Assembly: GCA_963662315.1 (NCBI GenBank)
Contig: OY759353.1
Span: 352,001 to 416,000, forward strand
DNA length: 64,000 nt
Reading direction: 5' to 3'
Source: Geopsychrobacteraceae bacterium
GTDB lineage: Bacteria; Desulfobacterota; Desulfuromonadia; Desulfuromonadales; Geopsychrobacteraceae
Made by a program: the position numbers and the translations under genes
Part shown: positions 1 to 7,988 of the stretch, piece after piece
Position numbering within the stretch: position 1 is the first letter of the stretch
Layout: each line of letters opens with the position of its first letter
The notes under the pieces: generated by a model
Told to the model about the DNA's origin: nothing
The model's input: the letters and a program-made list of their open reading frames with translations, nothing else
Database searches by the model: none

Positions 1-168
1 AAGCGCCCAGGCCAGGCAATCCGTTTCAGTCGCAAGCAACAGGTCAGAAAAACGATTAACAAAATTGCGACGATCGTCATCATCGACAAAAATATTCCGC
101 CGTTCAATCCCACGGAAGATAACGTGCTGTAACAGATTCGGGATGTCGATACGGGCAGAACGTGGCAT
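1..168 (-). CDS. REP-associated tyrosine transposase (RAYT / IS200-like Y1 HUH transposase), 5' part, runs off window start
   Basis: Not in ORF track. Manual translation from ATG at 168: MPRSARIDIPNLLQHVIFRGIERRNIFVDDDDRRNFVNRFSDLLLATETDCLAWAL, matching the RAYT N-terminal pattern MPRxxR...HVxxRG..R..IF.D..D...F...AWAL; the HUH motif would lie just beyond the window edge. Confidence 0.85.
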   Translation of the reverse strand, partial: MPRSARIDIPNLLQHVIFRGIERRNIFVDDDDRRNFVNRFSDLLLATETDCLAWAL

Positions 169-174
169 TTGTGG

Positions 175-203
175 AAAGTAGCAGAAGAAGGTTTGTTAGT
201 CAA
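175..203 (-). promoter_or_regulatory. sigma70-type promoter for the RAYT gene, probably leaderless
   Basis: Minus strand TTGACT (203-198), 17 nt spacer, TG-C-TACTTT (180-175), then only 6 nt before the ATG at 168; no Shine-Dalgarno. Confidence 0.55.
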
Positions 204-263
204 TGATTTAAGAGCGTCCCCTTCGGTTCTATAATGATTTAAGAGCGTCCCCTTCGGTTCTAT
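202..263. repeat. Perfect 31-bp tandem duplication
   Basis: AATGATTTAAGAGCGTCCCCTTCGGTTCTAT at 202-232 and 233-263, no spacer. Confidence 0.97.
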
Positions 264-352
264 ACTGTCATTTATAACAATCAGTGGCGGTATCCGCCTG
301 TTGATTAATTCGGGCTGCGAAACCCGGTTGCAGATTTTGCTGCAACGTTGAT

Positions 353-381
353 AGCGTAGCCTTGGCCATGGCGGCTGTCAA
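353..381 (-). promoter_or_regulatory. sigma70-type promoter pointing toward the hairpin cluster and RAYT
   Basis: Minus strand TTGACA (381-376), 17 nt spacer, TACGCT (358-353). Confidence 0.5.
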
Positions 382-612
382 GGGAATTAGGGGTTCTGTA
401 CTGGCTTATCATAACGAATCACCCTCTTTTGTACTTTTGAATTGCCCTTTATATTTTTCTATCTTCAAACCAAGAAGCTTTGCGGGTTCTTTGGTCAATA
501 GGTGGTAGTTTTAGAAGAACAACTACTAAGGTTATTGTAGAGATAAAAGAGATCTATCTGCATGGGTGATAATTAATTTCATAGGGTTCATTTGCCAGAG
601 AGTGAGCATTTT

Positions 613-3600
613 ATGGGGAAAAAATCTAGACTGAAACGTGAACGTAGGGCTACCCAGAAAAAGCCCAAGAAGACTTTACTACCTCATGAAATAGAATTTT
701 GTCGTGCCTGTAATGAGATTAAAGCCCTTTTTGCTCATTACTCAGCCTATGACGTAATCACATCATTGAATATTTCAGATCTTTGGCTTCCTAATATATC
801 TAGCCAGGTTAAGCATATCCTTGCTTTCTCTATTTCCGTTGCTATGAATAAGGACAGTTTTGAGGGTGAAAAGAGAATAGAAACATATTCAGATTTCAAA
901 CATTTTCTTGAGCAATTATATGCAGTATTGCCAAGCTTTCCTATGCTTGAAGACTACATGCCTGAGCAAGATTGGGGAGAAGTGAGTTTTTTGTCAAAGG
1001 GAGTGCTCCTGAAAATATTTTATGGAGGAGTTGTTGAGCGAATATCAGATTTTATTACCGCGTTTAATCTAATACATGGTTCTGGGACTCAAGCAAGTCA
1101 GGATATGCATCTTGCATTACTATTACAAGATCACATTTTGACGTCCGTTGAGCCGGATGTTTCTGGCGATTTAGATCGCTTGCCAATTGGATATATTGAG
1201 ATTCCAACGGAAATTTTTTGGAAATCCTGTCGTGATGCTCTTATCTCCCTAGCAGGGCAAGATACCTTTGCGGGGATAAGCCCGGGTCTGATAATAAAGC
1301 TTGGGGCTTTGACAAGCCCAGCCCAGTATAATGATTTTGGTGATGCTGTAATGAAAGGCTCTGCGCTCCCTGCCTTCTTTGTTGATTTGGATACTTGTTG
1401 CCTGCCATTGGCGTCCAGAAATTCAGCATCCAATGTTATCGAATATTGGGCAGACAAAGAAGGTGTCGTTAAGCAGGAGGTGATAGCTGATTTTGTTTCG
1501 TCTCGGTTCCAACGCGTTATTAAAGGCCCTTTTAAGATCATTTCCTGTCTTGGGGAACATCCATTCATTTTTTCTGCTGCGATTCTCAGCGGAGAAAATC
1601 CGTACTTGATCATAACGTTAGATAAAAATAATCTAAGCAGCATGCCGAGGTTTGAGAGCATTTTGAGGCAAGTTGTTAGTTCGGGTGACTGGGGATTGCG
1701 ATTGAATGCTAGTCAAGAGGTGGTACAAATTCGTAAACCGAATGGAGCCTTGCCAACCATTGACCAACTGGCTGTCATTGTGGTGCTTTCGCACGTTTCG
1801 ACAGTCACTGGTTTTCTAAAACCTCCTAAATTGAAGGCTCGCATTTTGCCTTTTCCAGACTTTATTACGATTTTTGATTCTGCAAAGAATATTGAGGAGC
1901 TAGATCGCTATTGGGCGTTTGTAGATGCTAATGCCCAGCAAGTTGGTAGGTTCGCAGGGCCGGTTGATTTTTTTGCAGCCTTTCGTGATTCCAATTCGTT
2001 GTTGGTAGATGGTGCCGTGACGCCCTCTATGATTACTTTAGATCCACACTGGGGCACATCTTGGCGATATCGCATGGTAAAAGAATATTGGGACAATGCC
2101 CCACCTTCTTTTCCTGAACAGCCGGAAAATACTGCTTGGATTTCTGAGAAGGATGAATATGGACTTTACAAGTTAACAGCAAAAAATATTCCTGCATTAT
2201 GTTGGAGTTCGGTCATTGGTAAATGTACGGTTCATTTTCTATTGGTGGTTGGAAATCAGCCCATCGGAGTTGACGACGGACGTGTTCTTGAGTTGTTAAT
2301 CCATTGCTTGGCTGATTCTCTTAATCAGAGAAAATCGATCCTTTCAAGTTTGCCTTTATTTGATAATTATAGACAGATTTTAACGACATGCTATGTGCAA
2401 ATGGATTCTCTTGCTTCTCAGGGGAGTGCAATCAACTCAAAACCTTCCTTGTTTGAAGGCTGGAAAACCCTTTCAAATATTACTCATAAATTTTTACATA
2501 TTAGCGTCGAAGCAAATATTCAGCGTGTTCATCGGAGTCTATCCAATGCGATTGATGCTACTTTTGAGGTTGAAGTGCTTTCAGAATGGATTAAAGGGGC
2601 TTCTTCAATTGTAGATATCCCTATCCTTTCTAAATTATTTCCTGTTTTGGAAGAGACTTCTTCTAGAAAACCTCGCTTTATGATGAAGGTTATGGATAGA
2701 GAAGTGGATATTCCGCAGTATGCTAGCCCTCTTGTTCCCAACCCTGAACATTATAAGATTGCAAGACGTGATCTTGCCATTACGTTCAAAGCGCTGGGGG
2801 CAAATGAAGGACAATATGAACTCGCGGAAGCTAAAAAATTGATTGATCCGGCAAGAGATCAGTTTAGAAATTTGATTCATAGCCAAATATCTATTTTGAA
2901 GCGCGATGATCTTATTTATTTTTGTGTAGGGCAATTGGATGAATTGATTGCAGAGTACGACCGAGAGAAGATCAAAATCAATATGAGCTTATCGCACGAG
3001 GTAGAGTATGATCGTACTGCGAGACTAGCTGAAGCATATGATCATTTTGTCAAGGACTCCCGAAATTACAGATACCTGCTTGAATGCTCTCTCAGCATGC
3101 CAACCTCGGGCAGTACAGAGGTGACAAATGAGAGGGCAATACAACTAATAGCCAGTATTGATTGGCTTATGGTTCTTTTTAATGCTAGTGATGTTTTGCA
3201 TAATGGACTTGATGTTGCAGGATTGAAACTTGACAACTTCTTTATTCCTCATATCTATTATTCAGATATGAATGAAGCCCGTGAATCCGAATTTGCAAAT
3301 GAGATAGCCGATTTTAAACTAGGAATGGGATTAAACCCTAATGATGAAGTTAAAGCGATTCGACCGGAAGATCCAACATGGAAGGCGCTCGGGCAGGCTT
3401 TTAAAAATGACACTGGGGTATCTCTAAACGACTTGATTTCAGGACTGTTAATCCTTTCTCGATGGCCATCTGCAACAAAATCAGAAGATCTGTCCTTTGT
3501 GTATTCAGCTTCTGTTGAGAATGTATGTGAAACTTTGGTCGGGATCATTGGTGAGCTAAATAGAGATGCGTCAAAGCATCTTTTATCTTTAATAACGCTT

Positions 3601-4344
3601 GATCCGAAAAAGATCCGTCGTTTACTTGGAAAGTCACAAGATGAAGGCGATGTTCCTATATGGGAACACAATAAGCGAGGTGATCGGTTTACAATTAAGC
3701 CAGTTATTTTAGGGAAAAATGGGATTATGCACTGGGGTGCTGCTTCTGCAGAAAGGGCGGCCAGAATATGGCAAAATACTTTTGCTAGTGGCTATATGCC
3801 CGCCGATTTTGATTGGCCGGAGGTCAAAGAGGTGGTACGAGGCATCAAGTCCCGTATGGAGAAGCGGCTAGAGACAAAAACTGCTGAAATCCTTTCTCGT
3901 GCTACGCCCTATGTAGCTGGAGGGGTAGATTTTATGCGCCGCTTTCCTAACGAAAGCTTTGAAGATGTTGGTGACTTTGATGGACTAGCCTACTGGCCAG
4001 AAACGAACCAGTGGCTTATTGCAGAATGTAAATACAATCAACCAGTCTTCTGCTTAAAAGATGGTAGGCGTCTAAGGGACCGCATTTTTGGAACACCCAC
4101 GCATAAATCGCAGTTTACTAAAATAGAAAGACGGAGGTTTTTTTTTAACACTCATCTTGATCAGCTTCGACTCCTTCTTGGGTGGCCATCACCGCAGGAA
4201 GGCTTATTGCCTATTACGCATGAAATTTATGTTAGCCTTGATATATATTGGTGGATGCGCAACCCTCCTTATCTGATTCCTACTCATTTTGTGCGCGTCG
4301 ATGGCCTTGATAATTGGCTTCGAAATTTTGAACTTTTGAAGTAA
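613..4344 (+). CDS. Large hypothetical protein (1243 aa) with C-terminal PD-(D/E)XK nuclease-like motif
   Basis: Uninterrupted 3.7-kb ORF (track start TTG 592; ATG 613 preferred); AT-richer than neighbouring core genes by eye; C-terminal EKRLE...GDFDGLAY...LIAECK fits the E...D...ExK restriction-endonuclease-like fold. Confidence 0.85.
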   Translation: MGKKSRLKRERRATQKKPKKTLLPHEIEFCRACNEIKALFAHYSAYDVITSLNISDLWLPNISSQVKHILAFSISVAMNKDSFEGEKRIETYSDFKHFLEQLYAVLPSFPMLEDYMPEQDWGEVSFLSKGVLLKIFYGGVVERISDFITAFNLIHGSGTQASQDMHLALLLQDHILTSVEPDVSGDLDRLPIGYIEIPTEIFWKSCRDALISLAGQDTFAGISPGLIIKLGALTSPAQYNDFGDAVMKGSALPAFFVDLDTCCLPLASRNSASNVIEYWADKEGVVKQEVIADFVSSRFQRVIKGPFKIISCLGEHPFIFSAAILSGENPYLIITLDKNNLSSMPRFESILRQVVSSGDWGLRLNASQEVVQIRKPNGALPTIDQLAVIVVLSHVSTVTGFLKPPKLKARILPFPDFITIFDSAKNIEELDRYWAFVDANAQQVGRFAGPVDFFAAFRDSNSLLVDGAVTPSMITLDPHWGTSWRYRMVKEYWDNAPPSFPEQPENTAWISEKDEYGLYKLTAKNIPALCWSSVIGKCTVHFLLVVGNQPIGVDDGRVLELLIHCLADSLNQRKSILSSLPLFDNYRQILTTCYVQMDSLASQGSAINSKPSLFEGWKTLSNITHKFLHISVEANIQRVHRSLSNAIDATFEVEVLSEWIKGASSIVDIPILSKLFPVLEETSSRKPRFMMKVMDREVDIPQYASPLVPNPEHYKIARRDLAITFKALGANEGQYELAEAKKLIDPARDQFRNLIHSQISILKRDDLIYFCVGQLDELIAEYDREKIKINMSLSHEVEYDRTARLAEAYDHFVKDSRNYRYLLECSLSMPTSGSTEVTNERAIQLIASIDWLMVLFNASDVLHNGLDVAGLKLDNFFIPHIYYSDMNEARESEFANEIADFKLGMGLNPNDEVKAIRPEDPTWKALGQAFKNDTGVSLNDLISGLLILSRWPSATKSEDLSFVYSASVENVCETLVGIIGELNRDASKHLLSLITLDPKKIRRLLGKSQDEGDVPIWEHNKRGDRFTIKPVILGKNGIMHWGAASAERAARIWQNTFASGYMPADFDWPEVKEVVRGIKSRMEKRLETKTAEILSRATPYVAGGVDFMRRFPNESFEDVGDFDGLAYWPETNQWLIAECKYNQPVFCLKDGRRLRDRIFGTPTHKSQFTKIERRRFFFNTHLDQLRLLLGWPSPQEGLLPITHEIYVSLDIYWWMRNPPYLIPTHFVRVDGLDNWLRNFELLK

Positions 4345-4525
4345 TTATGGTCCAGGCGCAGGCTTTGGCATTTAACTTATCGCTCCTGTTTTAAAGGTTG
4401 TTGATACCTGCGGCAGACCTTCGAAGATCCAAGTGTGGGTTAGCGAGAGCCATCTGTCAATTTTACGGGTCCTTCATAGAGTTGAGCCCACTGCCGACAG
4501 GCAAGCGCGTAATAACTCTCTACGA

Positions 4526-5895
4526 GGTAGTGTAAAGAATCTTTCGCTTTTTTCGGCAGCGCCCGATTTTAGTTAGCCTGCATCCGCCTCCATCATTTGC
4601 TCAAAATCCTGTTCCCTGAGTAAGTCCATGTTCAGATATTTCTTCTGCCCCCATTTTGTTCCAGCAATATGTCGTAATCTTGCGGCACACAGCATTAATG
4701 CCGAATGACCATCGGGGAATGCGCCGACAACCTTAGTTCGGCGCCTGATTTCCTTCATAATACGCTCAAGAGCATTGTTGGTGCGAATCCGACTATGATG
4801 ACTCCTTGGAAATTTATAGTAAGTCAGAGTTTCATCTATCGACTCCCGAACTTTCTGAGCGGCCTCTTTCAAACGTAAGGCTTCAAGCTTTTCAATGATC
4901 TGCTCAGCTTTTTCCTTGGCTGCAGCTTTGTCTTCAGATGCATGGATCGCTTTCAGCATGGCCGCGACGTCTTTAACCCGTCTTCTTGGAACAGTATTGA
5001 ACACATTCCGGTAAAAATGGACCATACAACGTTGCCATTTGGTCTCCGGATAGTATTCGGCCAATGACTCTACCAGCCCCATACAGGCATCGGTTATAAA
5101 CAGGCGAACACCGCGCAAGCCGCGCTCCTTCAAATGCCGCAGGAATCCAGACCAACCCGCCTTGTCTTCTTTGTGTCCCTCAGCAACACCGAGAATCTTG
5201 CGATAGCCATCACTGTTAACGCCGATCGCAACCAGGACAGAAACGTTGCTGACTTCTCCGGCCCAGGAACGTTTTAGAACGATACCATCCAGATAAACAT
5301 AAGGAAATTCGTCCCCAATGGGCTGCTTCCGCCATTGCTCGATCTTTGTGTAGACTTTTTTATTCAGATTGCTGATCGTTCCGGGACTGACTTTCGTGCC
5401 CCACAATGCTTCGGTAATATCCTCGACACGTCGAACCGATACACCAGCTAAATACATTTCGATCAAAGCTTCTTCAACGGATGCTTCCCGACGTTTGTAG
5501 CGTTCAATGATCGCTGTCTCAAAGGTCTGTTGCCTCAATTTAGGGACCTTTAAATTGACTTCACCAGCCGTCGTTTGAAGTTTCCTTTGATAATGCCCGG
5601 CCCTGGTATCAGTACGTGCCTCATTTCGTTGGTATTTCTCAGCATTGCATAAGCGATCGGCTTCTGCATCCAACATGTCATTCAACGTCTGCTCGACGGT
5701 ACTACGTACGATTTGACCCAAATGATTTTTGACAGCAGCTTCATTCAGTTGAATGATCTTATCTTGCTTTGGTGTACAATCATTTTCCACGGCAGTGTTC
5801 TCCTTTGGACTAGAGTTTGTGTTTGGCGATACAATTCTAAACATTTAGGACACTGCCGTGTCTTTTTAAAAAAGCGAAAAATATTTTACGTTATC
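4526..5895 (-). mobile_element. IS256-family insertion sequence, 1370 bp, complete
   Basis: Imperfect 28-bp terminal inverted repeats (GGTAGTGTAAAGAATCTTTCGCTTTTTT vs revcomp GATAACGTAAAATATTTTTCGCTTTTTT, 22/28) flanked by 8-bp direct repeat CTCTACGA at 4518-4525 and 5896-5903. Confidence 0.95.
4573..5790 (-). CDS. IS256-family (Mutator-type) DDE transposase
   Basis: Motifs RAGHYQRKL, MYLAGVSVRRV, YVYLDG, LFITD, WQRCMVHFYRN, RTNNALERIMKEIRRRT; GTG at 5790 follows AAGGAG (track start 5844 is an alternative). Confidence 0.95.
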   Translation of the reverse strand: MENDCTPKQDKIIQLNEAAVKNHLGQIVRSTVEQTLNDMLDAEADRLCNAEKYQRNEARTDTRAGHYQRKLQTTAGEVNLKVPKLRQQTFETAIIERYKRREASVEEALIEMYLAGVSVRRVEDITEALWGTKVSPGTISNLNKKVYTKIEQWRKQPIGDEFPYVYLDGIVLKRSWAGEVSNVSVLVAIGVNSDGYRKILGVAEGHKEDKAGWSGFLRHLKERGLRGVRLFITDACMGLVESLAEYYPETKWQRCMVHFYRNVFNTVPRRRVKDVAAMLKAIHASEDKAAAKEKAEQIIEKLEALRLKEAAQKVRESIDETLTYYKFPRSHHSRIRTNNALERIMKEIRRRTKVVGAFPDGHSALMLCAARLRHIAGTKWGQKKYLNMDLLREQDFEQMMEADAG

Positions 5896-6167
5896 CTCTA
5901 CGAATCAACGTTTTTACTGCTTCCGGTTTTCCATATGTTTAATAGACGTTAGGTCTTGAACCCCTTCTGGATTCATACCAGATTGAGTAGACGAATTAGG
6001 CGGAAAGCGTCTTGGATATATCAGCCTCGTCAAGGTTTGAAAAATGACTTTTTAATTTAAGGTAACAAGCAAAAGAAAGTGATAGGTGAAAAGGGGAGGG
6101 GATGAATTTAGGGAGCATAAGAAGAAAAAAAGTATCACCCAATGTATCACCCAGTACATTAGATATC

Positions 6168-6201
6168 AAAAAAGCACTTAACGGATAATCGCTAAGTGCT
6201 T
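6168..6201 (-). terminator. Hairpin downstream of tRNA-Ala (intrinsic terminator and/or att-site symmetry element)
   Basis: AAGCACTTAACG (6172-6183) / CGCTAAGTGCTT (6190-6201), 11 of 12 paired, followed by a T run on the minus strand. Confidence 0.65.
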
Positions 6202-6209
6202 GATTTTTA

Positions 6210-6285
<76 letters not shown>

Positions 6286-6300
6286 TTTCAAGGTGGGCGA

Positions 6301-6330
6301 TTTATAGCAAACCAAAGCTGGGGGTGTCAA
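6301..6330 (-). promoter_or_regulatory. sigma70 promoter of tRNA-Ala
   Basis: Minus strand TTGACA (6330-6325), 18 nt, TG-C-TATAAA (6306-6301), 15 nt upstream of the tRNA. Confidence 0.7.
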
Positions 6331-6581
6331 CAGGAAAAATTCGATAAAATTTGTGTCGCAGCAATAATTGAAAGATATTCATTCCGGCTTCGTGTAAAAC
6401 ATATCTCTGTTTGATGCTACATTTTTACTAGCAACGTTTAAATTTCTGGGTGATTTGTGCGTAATTGCCTGTGCTCACTGCTTTATATAGATATCTTGTT
6501 GAAACGACAGGTGGCATGCTAAACTTCTGCGCACTGATTGTGATTATTCCTTTCAACTGTAGCAGCCGACGGGGAATATAA

Positions 6582-7988
6582 ATGACTGCAAAACAGGAAT
6601 TGCTGAGACTTATTCCCGCTGTTGACCGGATTCTTCGTGAGCCTGCGTTGCAGGACTTAGCCGGGCTGTTGCCTGCAGACTTGCTGGCTCAGGAAGTCCA
6701 GGCCACTGTTGGTCTGGTGCGCCAGCGTATCCTTGCGGGGGAGGCTGTTGGTCCGGATATGTTGTCGGTCGAGTCGTTGTCCGCCTGTGCAGTTAACTCT
6801 TGCCGTCTGTTTATCCAGCCATCGTTACGTAAGGTCATTAATGCCACCGGGACACTGCTGCATACCAACCTGGGCCGGGCGCCTTTGCCGCACAAAGCCT
6901 TGCAGGCCATAGAGCATGTTGCTGCCGGTTATTCCAATCTGGAGTTTGATCTTGCCAGCGGCGAACGCGGGCAGCGTTACAGTCACGTCGAAAAGCTGTT
7001 GGTCCAGCTAAGCGGGGCCGAAGCTGCTCTGGTTGTCAATAATAATTCCGGTGCGGTACTGCTGGCTCTTACTGCCTTAGGGCAGGGGCGTGAAGCGATT
7101 GTTTCGCGCGGGGAACTGGTCGAAATCGGTGGTGCCTTTAGGATTCCTGATGTTATGGCCGCTGGCGGGGTTCAATTGCGGGAGGTGGGAACGTCTAACC
7201 GTACCCATTTGCGCGATTACGTCGGGGCCATCGGTGATAATACTGCGCTTCTACTGAAGGTGCACACCAGCAATTACCGGATTGTCGGTTTTACCAAGGA
7301 AGTCTCCGGGCGCGAGCTGGCTCCTTTAGCCAGGGAGCATAATCTAGTGTTGATGGAGGATCTTGGCAGTGGGCTGCTGCTCGACCTGAGCCGTTATGGG
7401 CTGGAACGTGAGCCGACGGTTCCGGAAGTCGTGAAAGCGGGGGTTGATGTAATTACTTTCAGTGGTGATAAGCTGCTGGGCGGACCTCAGGCCGGTATTA
7501 TTGTCGGTCGGGCCGAGATGCTTGACAAAATGCGCAAACATCCACTGGCGCGGGCGTTGCGCATTGATAAATTGACGTTGGCAGCCCTTGAGGCAACTCT
7601 GCACTTATATCTGAACCCGCAACAAGCATTACGGGACATTCCGGTGCTGCAGATGTTTGCGGCTGAACCGGAGGCGCAACTTAAGCGCTGTCAGCGGGTA
7701 TATGACAAACTTGGGGCTCTGCAATTGGCAGCGGAAATAACACTGTGTGAAGATATTTCGCGGGTTGGCGGGGGCGCGATGCCTTTAACGGAGTTAAGCG
7801 ACTGGGCGGTTGTGATTAAGCCGTTGGCTATGAGTGTTGCCGAGTTGAGCCGCCGACTGCGCAGTTATACTCCTGCTGTTGTGGCACGGGTACAGAACGA
7901 CCAATTATGGATTAATTTGCGCGCGGTTTTTGCTGCAGAGGAAGAAAATCTGGTACAAATTCTGGTCTCTGCCATGCGGGACGTTTGA
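6582..7988 (+). CDS. selA: L-seryl-tRNA(Sec) selenium transferase
   Basis: VINATGTLLHTNLGRAP, VNNNSGA, SRGELVEIGGAFRIP, FSGDKLLGGPQAG (PLP lysine). Confidence 0.97.
   Translation: MTAKQELLRLIPAVDRILREPALQDLAGLLPADLLAQEVQATVGLVRQRILAGEAVGPDMLSVESLSACAVNSCRLFIQPSLRKVINATGTLLHTNLGRAPLPHKALQAIEHVAAGYSNLEFDLASGERGQRYSHVEKLLVQLSGAEAALVVNNNSGAVLLALTALGQGREAIVSRGELVEIGGAFRIPDVMAAGGVQLREVGTSNRTHLRDYVGAIGDNTALLLKVHTSNYRIVGFTKEVSGRELAPLAREHNLVLMEDLGSGLLLDLSRYGLEREPTVPEVVKAGVDVITFSGDKLLGGPQAGIIVGRAEMLDKMRKHPLARALRIDKLTLAALEATLHLYLNPQQALRDIPVLQMFAAEPEAQLKRCQRVYDKLGALQLAAEITLCEDISRVGGGAMPLTELSDWAVVIKPLAMSVAELSRRLRSYTPAVVARVQNDQLWINLRAVFAAEEENLVQILVSAMRDV

Noticed and set aside
202..263. 31-bp repeat as a CRISPR array
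   Set aside because: Only two copies, no spacer, no cas genes.
272..353. Integron attC site (TAAC...GTT with hairpins)
   Set aside because: Ends do not fit RYYYAAC/GTTRRRY as a complementary pair and the region forms three small hairpins, not one long one.
2851..2883. HEPN RNase motif (RNLIH) in the giant ORF
   Set aside because: Spacing is Rx3H, shorter than the Rx4-6H consensus; unsupported without an alignment.
6510..6532. sigma54 promoter for selA (TGGCA...TGC)
   Set aside because: GG to GC spacing is not the required 10 nt.
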